A DNA stretch of 64,000 nucleotides, taken from Tubulanus polymorphus. Its lineage: Eukaryota; Animalia; Nemertea. How positions within the stretch are numbered: position 1 is the first letter of the stretch; each line of letters begins with the position of its first letter. The stretch covers positions 12,338,001 to 12,402,000 of the forward strand of contig NC_134025.1 of assembly GCF_964204645.1 (NCBI RefSeq), in the 5' to 3' direction. This document shows positions 21,528 to 33,974 of the stretch, piece after piece. The notes beneath the pieces are model-generated. The model did no database searches, was not told the origin of the DNA, and was given only the letters and a program-made list of their open reading frames with translations. Both the position numbers and the translations under genes were made by a program.

Positions 21528-23425
21528 CTAATAACTCAGATCAAGAGTGACTCTCCCGTTTATTAGGAAACACACGCAACTGTAGAATTTGTAATCCATA
21601 AAAGCCAAAATCAACATCAGCCGGAAACCCAGACCAAATTAATTCATAATTTATTGATTGAATCTACATTAAAATATATGTATTTATTCAAATATTTCAA
21701 TAAAAACATTAACTTCTTAAATCTATTCTAAATCATAATACGTTCTTATCTGTGAATTCACTCAATCTATCGGCTCAGCAGGTGCTTAAGATGAGTTCTT
21801 AATAGGACAGATCCATTTTTAAGGATGGTGATAATACAGTATCATGATGTTTGAATGCCAAGATAAGTGCCTGGTCAAATATATCAATATTTGTGATTGT
21901 ACGTCCACGTATGTTCGGTTTCAAAGCTGAATCATATTTGACGTTTACACAGTGGTTGCATATTAGGTTCGAATCTGTCAATGCATTTAATTCTATGTAT
22001 CGATATTTCAATTTACTACAATTCCCATCATTCTGAATGGCTTTACAGAAAACGCGTCATCGCTGCTTTGCAGCTATATTTATTATTATTATTTTCTTCC
22101 ACACTATTTTTACCAAAAGGACATAGGCTTTGTTACCTTACCGCTGTTTCATATACAATCCATATAATATCGTTCAGCTCACTGAGATCTACAAATAGCC
22201 CGCGTGTTTTTTCACGAATCATCGTTACAAAAGCGCTGTCGGGCCGTAAACATAAAAAATTTAGCCCCATTCAATGGGGCGACATGTTTTTCGAGTCGTC
22301 ATCCCGAAATCAACCCGCAGGCCGACTGTCACTTCGATTATCAATTCAAGTATAAATGAACTAATTTATTGCCGCAGACTTCAAATTCTGTCGCGGTCTT
22401 CAAACAGTGATTTTAACAATAGCCCATTTTCCTCATCAAATCATATTACCGATACACTGGAAATTTACTACTTTAGATTTTAAAAGCACTGTCCAGCCGT
22501 AAACATCGACGAATCGACGTGTGTTACTACATCGTCGTTCCGGGGATCAGCTGCGAGTTTCTCCTCATCATGAGAATCAAATCGAGTACAAATTAATTTA
22601 TTACTACCAGTGATTTGGCTGCGGGTTTCAAGGAGTTAGTATAACAATACCTATTTTTCTTTACCGAATTAACCGTGTATTTACTAAGATAAATCTTTAG
22701 TGTACCGGGGAATCGTAGGCCTAAACTAAACACGCCGAAGAGATATAGCGGAGAAAAGCTGTTATGTCGACGAGGTATCAAAATAAAAGAATATATCACT
22801 TTATTCGGCCGCAGGCTTCAACCTCTATATCAATACCATCAATACTCTATATTTCCTACAGTACATACTGATCATTGTCAAATGCACAAGGTATTTACTA
22901 AATACAAGTATATAACACACTCCTATCCGTATGCTGGACTCACACTTGACATTCGGAGTAAGCGTTCGCTGTGGGGGAAAGGAATCGTTCGCTGTGTCGC
23001 TTGAAGTGTTTATCGAGTTTGACGCGGCTTTAGGCCTACCGGTACTGAGCTTTACTGTATCAAACAAACACAGTACAATTGTTGCGTTTATTAACGGACT
23101 CATTGGATTGAACTTCAAAACAAAATTTACGATATTTAGGTGGGTTGTTAAATTCAATAGGCCTACGACCAATCTGTCCGGATGTTAGGCCTACGCATAT
23201 ACATAGGCCTACATAGGCTAGTAGCCTCTACTAGGTTAAGCGTTCGCTGGGGGAAAGGAGATCGTTCGCTGTGTCGCTTGAAGTGTTTATCGAGTTTTAC
23301 GTACGCGACCTTAAGGCTTTAGTATGGTGGCTGATAAGGGCCATGCGTAAAAAAAACACGTATATGCAAATGAGGGCGACATTATGACAAAACGACAAAA
23401 CTAAAATAACGCGACAAAACAATAA

Positions 23426-24350
23426 TTTTGGTTTTGTCGCCCGCGACAATTCATTATTTTGGTTTTATCGCCCGCGACAATTCATTAATTTGGTTTTGTC
23501 ACCCGCGACAATTCAAGATTTTGGTTTTTCTGCCGCGACAATTCATTTTTTGGATTTGTCGCCCGCGACAATTCAATATTTTGGTTTTATCGCCAGCGAC
23601 AATTCATTATTTTGGTTTTATCGCCCGCGACAATTCATTATTTTGGTTTTATCGCCCGCGACAATTCATTAATTTGGTTTAGTCACCCGCGACAAAACAA
23701 TATTTTGGTTTTGTCGCCCACGACAATTCAATATTTTGGTTTTATCGCCCGCGACAATTCATTATTTTGGTTTTATCGCCCGCGACAATTCATTATTTTG
23801 GTTTTATCGCCCGCGACAATTTTTTTCTTTTCTTTTTGTCGCGGTTTTATCGCCTGCGACACTTCAATATTTTGGTTTTATCACCTGCGACAATTCATTA
23901 GTTTGGTTTTGTCGCCCGCGACAATTGAATATTTTGGTTTTGTCGCCCGCGACAATTCATGATTTTGGTTTTATCACCCGCGACAATTCATTTTTTGGTT
24001 TTATCGCCTACGACAATTTATTATTTTGGTTTTATCGCCCGCGACAATTCATTAGTTTGGTTCTGTTGCCCGCGACAATTGAATATTTTGGTTTTGTCGC
24101 CCGCGACAATTCATTATTTTGGTTTTATCACCCGCGACAATTCATTTTTTTGGTTTTGTTGCCCGCGACAATTCATTTTTTTGGTTTTGTTGCCCGCGAC
24201 AATTCATTTTTTTGGTTTTGTCGCCCGCGACAATTCATTTTGGTTTTATCGCCAGCGACAATTGATTATTTTGGTTTTATCGCCCGCGACAATTGATTAT
24301 TTTGATTTTATTGCCCGCGACAATTAATTTTTTTGGTTTTGTCGCCCACA
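23426..24350. repeat. 31-bp minisatellite, about 30 copies
   Basis: Unit ~TTTTGGTTTT(G/A)TCGCCCGCGACAATTCATTA; consecutive units start 31 bp apart (23430, 23461). Confidence 0.95.
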
Positions 24351-24437
24351 TTATTATCTTTTGAATAATTAGGCCAATTAATAACGTAATAAAGACTTAT
24401 GCTTTCGCCTATTTTGAAGTCGATTAATCTGATATAG

Positions 24438-24852
24438 TACGGAAGCGATATAGGGCCTCGAGTTGTCGCGTTCAAACGCGACAAGTCGCCATATTTATGT
24501 CGATATATCGCGATATATCGTTTCAAGTCCACATGAATATGTCTACATATCGTGACGTTTTCACGACAAATATCGCTATTTGCTCATTTCCCACGGGACA
24601 AGCCGTCATTTGAAGACATATCTAAATGTAAGATGAGGACGCCAGTAATATGACGACTGAGTTTCAAGTCGTCATGAATATGTCGACTTGTCGCGAGGAA
24701 AATGGTTGAGAAAACGAAATATGTCGTCAAAACGTCACGATATATCGACATATTCATGTCGACTTGACGCGATATATCGTGGTATGTCGACAATAATATG
24801 GCGACTTGTCGAGTTGGAACGCGTTATCTCGAGGCCCCTTATCGCTTCCGTA
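24438..24852. mobile_element. Foldback MITE with long TIRs and an apparent 7-bp TSD; partial second copy at ~24950-25110
   Basis: TACGGAAGCGAT..GGGCCTCGAG / CTCGAGGCCCC..ATCGCTTCCGTA; GATATAG on both sides (24431-24437, 24853-24859). Confidence 0.75.
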
Positions 24853-25209
24853 GATATAGTGTCGAATATTAAGGTCATTTTGGCAGATTCTTTTTTTTTA
24901 AAAGTGATATTAAAGCGATCATTCAAGTGATCCTACTTAATGAAAGATCTACGGAAGCGATAAAGGGCCTCGAGTTGTTGCGTTCCAACTCGACAAGTCG
25001 CCATATTTATGTCGATATATCGCATATATTCGACATGAATATGTCGACATATCGTGACGTTTTGACGACTTGAAACGCAGTCGTCATATCACAGGCGTCC
25101 TCATCTTTCAGCAACGCCAGTCACATGGAGTCGTACGTGTTCTACTTTCTGCGACGCGACACGACTGTTTATTAAATATTTTCAGTGTGAATGTGGTGTG
25201 AAAGAGAGA

Positions 25210-26010
25210 GAAAATTTATTTCGTTCGAACCAATAATATTCTATACAATTGAACCAATTTGAAAAAATCGTTAGAACAAAGTTGAACAAACTTTTTTTTG
25301 TCCAAACGAAAGGTTTTTCGTTCGAACAATCATTCAATTGAACAGAATCGTTTTAATCTGGCAGAAACTAGTCGCACACAATCGTATTGCATGCGACTTG
25401 CATCGAAACTTGCGATGCAACGCGAGGATCGCATCGTGTTACAAGAACAACCTACGTCTGGCTTTAAGTTACTGCGGAGCACCAGAAATATCTTTTTTTT
25501 TGTTCATAAGACCTTTCGCTTGAAAATTCTTTCGTCGGAACAAAATTTATTTCGTTCAAACCAATAATATTCTATACAATTGAACCAATTTGAAAAAATC
25601 GTTAGAACAAAGTTGAACAAACTTTTTTTTGTCCAAACGAAAGGTTTTTCGTTCGAACAATCATTCAAATGAACAGAATCGTTTTAATTTGAACAGAATT
25701 TTCTTGTCAGAACATTAAGTTTTTCGTTCGAACAAGTATATTGAAAAAAGTTTTTTCTCCGAACCGAAAGTATTAAGTATTTCGTTCAATCGAACAGAAT
25801 TGTTTTCATTCAAACATTCGTTCGAAAAAAATTGTTTTCGCTCAACCAAATTTTTTTTCATTTCAACAATAACATAGCTTTTTATTCGAACACATTTTTT
25901 GTCAGAATGAAGAAAATTTTTGGTTCAAGCAAAAAGCGTATTGTTCGATCAAACAGAATTATTTTCATTCGAACAAGATTTTCTTGTTGGAACATTAAGT
26001 TTTTTGGTCA
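25210..26010. repeat. Degenerate TTCGTTCGAAC-rich repeat with a ~145-bp direct duplication
   Basis: 25211-25357 is nearly identical to 25542-25688; recurring TTCGTTCGAAC/GAAC motifs. Confidence 0.75.
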
Positions 26011-26294
26011 GGACAATAAACAGAAGACAACTTAGGATACTACCTTGCGTGACTCCACTAGTTTGACCGACTTATTCCAAGATGAGGCGTTCCGTTGATT
26101 TCAGCTACAAGTTTTCGTTCAGAGATAACTGCTGAGCCATTTGGGCGACCTATCATTGACACTGTTTCCTAATAGCCTGTTTATTAGTAATGGCTGATGT
26201 TGTGCCTTATCAAATGCTTCGTCAAAATCCACCGTTGATCAGGATTCTAAGACTGTGCAGAAAACCCGTTATCGCTGCTTTGCAGCTATATTTA

Positions 26295-28000
26295 TTATTT
26301 TATTTTTCCATTTTGAATTATAATAATCGTACAAAGTAATACAAATACAAAAATTCAAGATGGAGGGAAACATGAAGAAACCTGTTAAGGTTTATATGAT
26401 ATTCATGCCACCCTCGTACACCCAATCACACTCTCTTTCACACCACATTCACACTGAAAATATTTAAGTGCCAGATGGCAGAGACTGGCAAGGTTATCGA
26501 AACATTAATTGAGAAGATACTGTTTGAGAGCACGTTTAAAAACTGGAGGGGATACTGATCCAATGATCTTCAGTGAGTTAGGTAAGTTATTCCAAGTAAA
26601 AGGGGCTGATACTTTTAATGAAAATTTCTTTCGATTGGTTTTAAATTGTTCTACTTTGAATGCATGACGGTTTCGAGTATGATGATGGTGAAAGTCGGAA
26701 TTTAATGAAAAATAATCTGAAAACGAGTTAGGCAGTAGTGAATTCTTATATTTAAATATGAAAAAGCACAATTGGAATTTCGTCATTGCTCGAAAAGCAA
26801 GGATACCTAAGTTTTTGAAGATGGGGGCTGTATGGTCAAAGAAGGTAACCTTCGATATTACCCTGATCGCACGCTTTTGAAGTAGGATTATTGGCCTGAT
26901 TCTCGATTCGTAATTATTGCCCCAGATAAAATTGCAGTATTGGAGATACGGGTAAACAAAACTATAGTATAAGGTTTTCATCACTAAAACTGGCAATCGT
27001 CTTTTAACTCTATTCAAAACACCAATACTACGCGAGATCTTTTTACAGACAAATGATATGTGGTCAGACCACGTCAGTTTACTATCAATATATAAACCAA
27101 GAAATTTTGTGGAATGAACTTGCTTTATTGGTACATTTCCAATTTTTATGGCACAAGGGGTACCCTTGAAATTTCCGAAAATCATAAAATAACATTTTTC
27201 AAGGTTAAGAGACAATTTATTAACTTGAAACCACATTCGAAGTTTGGTGAGTTCATTGTTTATCAGTTGGAATATCTTCTTATGATCTTTTGAATAAGCG
27301 AAGCATGTTGTGTCATCTGCAAAAAGGGTGAAGTCAAGAATTTTTGAAGCATTGACACAATCATTTATGAATAATAGATATAAAAGAGGACCGAGAATAG
27401 AACCTTGGGGAACTCCGATAGTTATACCCCTTCTTGACGAGTTAATACCATTAAAACAAACAATTTGACCCGATCAGACAGGTAACTTTCGAACCATTTG
27501 AGAGGTAAACCCCGAATACCATAGTGATCTAATTTACCGAGCAGAATTGTGTGGTTGACCGTGTCGAATGCCTTCTTTAGGTCTAAGAAAATGCCTATGG
27601 CTGAATATTTTTTATCAAGGTATGATGTTAGGGTGTCTGTTACTTTGGCAAGAGCAAGTGCAGTGGAATGATTTGATCGAAAACCGAATTGATTTGAAGA
27701 AATAACGTTATGTTTATTGAGAAAGGAGGATAATCTGTTAAAGACCAGCTTTTCTAAAATCTTTGAAAATACCGGAAGAATAGAGATTGGACGATAATTA
27801 TTGAAATTTTCCGAATCTCCTGATTTAAATAACGGGTAAACTTTGGCTTGTTTCATGTCAAACGGAACAATACCATTATAGAAGCTACAATTAAATATAT
27901 GCGATAAAGGAGCATTTATTAGATCTATTGTGTCTTTAAGTAAAGATGTACTAATACCATCCAACCCTGCACTTTTTTTCGGATAAAAATTTCTAACTAT
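26295..28000 (-). mobile_element. 5'-truncated CR1/L2-group LINE (RT domain, frameshifted)
   Basis: ORFs 27422-27964 (NYRPISILP, QFGFR, FLDLKKAFDTV) and 26505-27236 (KFLGL..D.KL.W..H); GVPQGSILGP and LFADDT readable in between; AATAAA-rich tail near 26295. Confidence 0.9.
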
Positions 28001-29885
28001 ATTCTACTATTCAACGCCCCTGGTGACCATATAGAATAACTAACGTCCTTAAAACTCACCACAATCAAGGAAAATGTCACGTGCTACAAGTTTGCAATTG
28101 ATAATGGTAACAAAATATGCATAGGTAAAAATAATATAGAAATACTAAGTTATTGTATTATTCAACGCCCCCTGGTTGCCATATACAAAAAACAACGACC
28201 TTGAAAATCACCAATCTCATAGAACACGCTATGAGCTACAACTTTCAAATTGATTGTGCTAACAAAATATGCTTAGTTGTCAATATAATGTTGAAAAACT
28301 TTTTTCCGTCTACGAATGAGTACTGATGACACCAAGATGGCCGCCAATTGCGTCATAATTGGCTGATCAAAAATACCTGTCTCAGGTATAAAAGATCCCT
28401 TCTTCAAAGAATCACCCATTACAAATTGCAATGAGAAAGGGCAAACCAGTAGGAAGCTACAGGACTCTGAATTCGGACCAAAATTGAAATTTTTGGGCTC
28501 AAAAAAAGGTCATAAGACAGTTATCTTGAGTCCGATCGACCCAATTTTTCTTGTGCTGATGGACTCTTGGGGGTTTCAAATATATAGATAAAGATCCAGA
28601 TAATTGATCAACGTGTCTTCAAAATTTCCCTCAAAAAGTTCAAAAATGTGTATGAAGAGCTGATTTTGGCAAAACAACAATGGCTGCCAGTCAGCCATCT
28701 TGATTCTGACAGGGCCAGTTTTTGGGCTGAAGATGTGTCTAGGGTAGATAGATACATGCGTAACCCAAATATCAAGACATTACATTAAAGTGCCTTAAAA
28801 AATTCCCAAAATAACTGGATTCCGTCTACGGGTGGACGGACGAAAAGTGAACGCGATATATATAGCACTGGGACTTAAGTCCCAAGTGGGCTACAAATTG
28901 CCCCCAGTAAAAATTCATTTCAATATATAAATAAATTCAGTTTCAACTACAATAATCATCGAATATCTTACCATCTAATCGTAAACTTGTATGCACTATT
29001 ATAAGATTATTCCAATATTACCATTAGTTTGTATCACATCTAACTTAATCAACTTTTACATTCAAATGGGGTACCCGCAAAACCAGCTATCCCACCAGGT
29101 GGCGTGACGAGTAGTAGGTTGTTTGTAGTCAAAACATGAGTTCATTTTCAATAAACTTTGAACAGGATTTTTAGACTCCTGAATCCATTATTCCAGGACT
29201 AACCAAATATGAAATAATTTCATTCTTCTTAACAGATTTGGATATAGTTTTCATAGAATATTGATTCATTTAAGAGAAAAGTTCATTCAGATTTAATTGA
29301 AATGTAGAAGGAAATTGAAAGCAGACGACCAACTATCTACTAGCGAACCTGGCGGATCCTCGCTTGCCATACGTCGAATCCCCAATTGCCACAGTAACAC
29401 TGCGGGTAAACTGTTATCTGATACAAAAATAAATCTTTGGCTGTGCCTGTGATGAGAAGTCCAACACTTTGATTTCATCTATTATAGCCGATAGAGGTCC
29501 ACATAATCGTGTTGACTGGAATACAAGTATTGATTAATGATGCCAGGGCCAGGGATCAGCAAAATATCAATTTCTAATTTTATCAGTTTTCCGTGGCGTG
29601 GTGTACAACCTAACCAATAAACCATCATAGTCTACCTTCTGCAAAAGTGACCTAAACTGCAGTTACTAGATTGGATGCTTATTGTGATTGAATAAACTAG
29701 AACAATGACTAACTCAATATTGCAAAGATACACCGTACAGTGCTGCCACCTAGATATATAAAAATTGCCGCTATTAATGATTACTTCTCATCAGTGAATA
29801 GATCCAAAACAAATATCAAGCATTTAGCAAAGGGACAATGTGATCATCTTTCTATAGCTTTTAAAACTACCGCGGAAAAACATAC

Positions 29886-29954
29886 CTTTTCGCGGTCTAC
29901 AGTTTTTTCAGGATCACGATCACCGCCAATATTATTATCGATGTGGGCCGCCAT
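29886..29954 (-). CDS. SAP18: SAP18 coding exon 1
   Basis: MAAHIDNNIGGDRDPEKTVDREK then AAG|GTATG donor; 69 bp. The spliced CDS of 69+107+280=456 nt gives 151 aa. Confidence 0.92.
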
Positions 29955-30060
29955 CTTGTTATTCGAGTAGGCTATTAATCGCCAAAAACCGTTCACGCCG
30001 ATGCTTTCGCGCGGGACAACGGCGGCCGGGGGCGCGGAGCGTCCTTGCGTACGAAAGATT
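29947..30060 (-). promoter_or_regulatory. GC/CpG-rich 5' region of SAP18 with a YY1-like CAAGATGGCGGC over the start codon
   Basis: Local GC-rich patch (GGCGGCCGGGGGCGCGG) and GCCGCCATCTTG on the plus strand. Confidence 0.45.
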
Positions 30061-32067
30061 TTAAAGTGCATCAAAATACGATGCATGCACTTCCCTTTCT
30101 GATAGGAAAAATAACTACAACTCCGGCCAGGGAAAAAACTGTGGCATTTGAAATGCAATAAGGGCACAATATTCAGTTGTCAATCAATTCAGAAAAAAAA
30201 AAAAACAAGAAAGGCCACTTTTAGTCGCTCTATCAATCCCAAAGGTTGAGAAAGGGCACATTTTTAAAAGACAAGGTGGATGATTTTAACCAAAAAGGCA
30301 CGCCGTTCTTCATAGTCTAGGCTATCAGGATTTCATCTTTATTGCTGCATCTCAGTGCAGTAAATTTCCTGTTCCTAGATTGCAATTTGCATCAGGACTT
30401 CATTTATTGCTTGGATATTGCACTAAAAAGCAACACATTTTCAAAATTTTCTTTGGGGGACACCCCCAGACCCCTCGTTTTTTCGTGGATCACGCCTTTT
30501 TTTATAAGTTGTGCTAAAGTAGCCCCTGCTCCGCCCCTGTTTATGGTCCAGATTGCAGGAAATTGATTTAAAAACAGGAAAAATATCAACAATTTCTCAC
30601 CCCTTTGCTTCGTGCCTGCGGCGATCGCACATTCCGGCCACCGCGCTACCACCATCTATGGGTGCCTTTTTTGGTGACATTGCCCTTTTTCCCCAAGTAG
30701 AACCCAGCCCTCGAATAAAAAAGTGTGAAAATGCGTGAATCTCTTGAAATCGATGCTCAAATTTTCAATGAGCGGGTTCGTTTAACCCCCCTAAATGCGG
30801 GCCTGAAAATGTAAATTCTACCATTCACTGGGCATCGTTCACCCGGAATAGGATTTTCGGAAGCGTTCTTATTAACACAGGGACTTTTGCAAATTTGGAG
30901 TTGCGAAAGTATTAATTGCGACTAAAGCCTTCTCCCACTGTTGTTCAGAAAATCGATGTAACCACCTCTCGATAACAGCGCCCGTTTGCGCTCTTACTAA
31001 CCGTGCTAGCTAACAGTGATTTCCTGCGCCTATTTAGACGCCTAACCCCAATTTAACTAACCATGGTTAGCGCATACAGGGCTTCCTATGCCCGCCCAAT
31101 TTTCGCCTAGCCATCGATATATCACAGTATCCACCAACATTATTTCCATTTTTTCTAATCAGTGATTGGTAGGATCATCAATTGAGAACAATCGATTCGA
31201 TTTATACCGAAATGTAGAGGAAATTGAATGCGAAAGACCGAGTAACTACGAGCGAATCTGGGCGTTCCTCGCTAGCTTGTCATAAGTAAATCCTCGATTG
31301 CCACAATAGCGTGGTCAGTCGAGTGACTAATACATGGCCAGCCATGTGTGTATCGCCCTTCAATCCTTCTGGCAAAACTGGTGACGCGAGTTACGGCGAT
31401 AAGTAGTAAGAATTAGAAATACCTTTTTATACAAAAGATTCTTTTTTATTCAGAAGAAATAATCCAAAACAAAACGTATGTCCAATGCATCATGGCTTAA
31501 TTTCTAGGTAAAAGAAATTTGTGAATATCAAACATGCATGTACATTTTAGTTAAGTAATCGATTACATTTTGTGATCAAAAATAATACTTCAGCATGATT
31601 GCATTTTAAGAGGATATCTCAGTAACCATGATAGTCTTAAGTAAATCAAGATGATACATTGTATATAATCAAAAATACACAAAATACATAGTACATAAAT
31701 TCTGTATGTATTTTTGATATAATGTACATGTATATGTCAATTTGCGGAATGTATATATATATATATATAGCATAAACACAAAATCTTAACACGAAAAACA
31801 AATAGATAATTGCATCATTTACCATAAACAATTGAGTACAAATAATACTTCAGGACAGTTTTTAAAGACCAGTCTTGAATCGAGCTGGTTTAGACCAGAT
31901 TCTTAACGGACGTACATTATTCGCTGTAAACCAATTATTTGTCGTTTTTAAAGTACTGTATTGTGACATGGAGAATCTTTTATCATATTTGACTAAGAAT
32001 TGGCTTTAAGTTAATACTAAATGTACAATGAAGTCAGAAACACTGCACCTTGGTTTAAAATGTTTTT

Positions 32068-32480
32068 TTTTGCCCACTCGGGACTATTGTTCTCCCCACC
32101 AGGGAGTTACTAATTGAATCATATACAATCATCCATATTTATCAGTACCTAGACATATCCGTTATCACAATCAATCGCAAATCTGCTCATGCTCTTTGAT
32201 TATGGCAAGTTTCAAGGTCATTGATATCTGTATATGTTCCAGGGAACATTGAATAGCCGAATGACATGGTATTCCCATACATATTTTTACCTAAGCGCAT
32301 CAAAACCACAATCAATTGCATAATTGTAGCTCATGACATGCTCTATCTATGATTACATTGAGTTTCAAGCTCAATGATAACAGTTTCTGTTCATATATCA
32401 CCGGGGAGTGTTGAATTTTGAAATTTTCAGATTTAAAAAGCATTTTACCAAGTGGGCATGGTGTCTTTGGACTCCTAGTT
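32068..32480 (-). mobile_element. Degraded Helentron-like family A copy (further fragments near 48040-48425, 60200-60350, 62718-62830)
   Basis: TTTTGCCCACTCGGGAC...CAAGTGGGCATGGTGTCTTTGGACTCCTAGTT termini. Confidence 0.6.
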
Positions 32481-33489
32481 TATCGTAAATATACTCTCTC
32501 TTAACTTACGAGACAACAAACATTATTAACAAACAGCAAATATTACTTGTATTTTATGATGGAAATAACCGGTATCGCATGCAGTACGAGTAGCCATCAG
32601 ATATGTATCATTCTAAGAATATAATATTTAATGCACAACGTTCAATGTAAAATTCACCGTATAAAACTAATTCATCCTTCAACAAGATATACAAAATGTT
32701 ACGTTTGGCTTCTTACAAAACTACATTGTATCACCACCAAACCGTCTAAAGCCAACAACAATAGTAAATTTGTGTACATTTTCATATACGTGACAATGCT
32801 GATAATGTATATACTGCTTCTAAATGCATCAACAAGATGGATATTCCAAGACAAAACATCATTTCAAAGTAACTGAATCTCCTCTGTTACCGGTACACAT
32901 GTAGATCTGTAAAACCCGCATAAATTTCACCCAATACAGTTCACGTGTTCCAAAAAAAAGTGCTCGATTGAAGCGCATACATACTGGAACCGCAGAAAAA
33001 TACCATTCCAGCACATGTATGACCATTAACAAATGAAATAAAAAACAATCACTATATACGATTATATAATCAACAGAAACTTAAGAAATTTTAAAAATAT
33101 TGATACATCATTGAATATATAATATTCCAATCGAAACAATGAAAATATAATTTGTGATCTAAATTGACTTGTTACCGAATGGACAATGCCAATGATAATC
33201 GAATGCATTAGCAAGAGACAGATCCAAGAACTACAAATGAAGATCAAAAACGAAGCGAACGGTTTGAAATTCAGAAAAACAGATTTATCAAATCTTCTCA
33301 ATTGAGCAATTTATATATTACTGTAGGTAACGCTCAGTACCTTACAAGTCAACGCCTACGAAAGGTTCACCTTTCACCTACTGACTGTAACTTTTAACAT
33401 TTTAATCATTCTATATGCTCCCAATGCCTCGTTGGATAAGGCAGAACATCCACTGCACATTTGACACATAACTTGTGGTTTCACACATG

Positions 33490-33974
33490 TCAAGTTTTAC
33501 TACCAAATACGTCATCATAAGACGGTGGTGGATTAGTGTCGTGAAGGGAATAAGGAGGGGTTTCGATGTACACTTGATTGACATGACTTTCAGAAGTCGG
33601 TGATGGTAAGGTGGAAGCATTAGCCATAAAACCAGTAGGATTTGAACATCCTTCCAGATTGACATGGTCAAGATTACATGACTGCCAGAGGTCGATTCCA
33701 AATACCGGATTGACGTGACCGCTCATTGGCAGCGTCGAACCAGACAAAAGCTGAATTCTTGGCGCAGAATTGCTCGATCTCGTACTGGCAGTTAGTCGTG
33801 ATATTCCCGGCTGGCTTGGTGTGCGAATTTCGCTTGTTTCGTTGCTCAGTGGGTCGGCTATTCGCATCTGTTGACGCTGTCGTTGTAATTTGTATGATTT
33901 GTAACAGCGTCCCATGATCGTACATGTAAACACGAATGAAAACAGGATTCCAAAAATGATCGGCATCCACGTAC
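33490..33974 (-). CDS. Candidate alternative terminal exon C of the CACHD1-like gene: TM helix plus NPVF/PPSY tail
   Basis: Acceptor CCTTCTTTTCAG, phase 1; TWMPIIFGILFSFVFTCTIMG then RCYKSYK; NPVF; TPPY; PPPSYDDVF; 485 bp. Confidence 0.65.

Larger units (their letters stand above)
18748..22080 (+). mobile_element. Family B inner copy nested in the outer copy
   Basis: Second identical-type left hairpin at 18751 and right end CAGAAAACGCGTCATCGCTGCTTTGCAGCTATATT at 22046-22080; sequence after 22080 is paralogous to that after 18800. Confidence 0.65.
18697..26292 (+). mobile_element. Helitron/Helentron-like non-autonomous family B, outer copy
   Basis: Left hairpin AGGGTTTTCTG..CAGAAAACCCT; right end CAGAAAACCCGTTATCGCTGCTTTGCAGCTATATTT; flanked by (TTA)n. 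Confidence 0.65.
18321..28893 (+). mobile_element. Helentron-like non-autonomous element, family A, split into 18321-~18696 and ~28000-28893 by ~9.3 kb of insertions
   Basis: Left end AACTA..GGTCCAGGG..ATGCCCACTTG; right end GGGACTTAAGTCCCAAGTGGGCTA with GGAC repeats; the ~153-bp core repeat breaks at 18696 and resumes at 28000. Confidence 0.7.

Noticed and set aside
23426-24350. CRISPR array or protein-coding ORFs (23428-24327)
   Set aside because: Units are contiguous with no unique spacers, no cas genes, eukaryotic context; the ORFs are just translations of the repeat.
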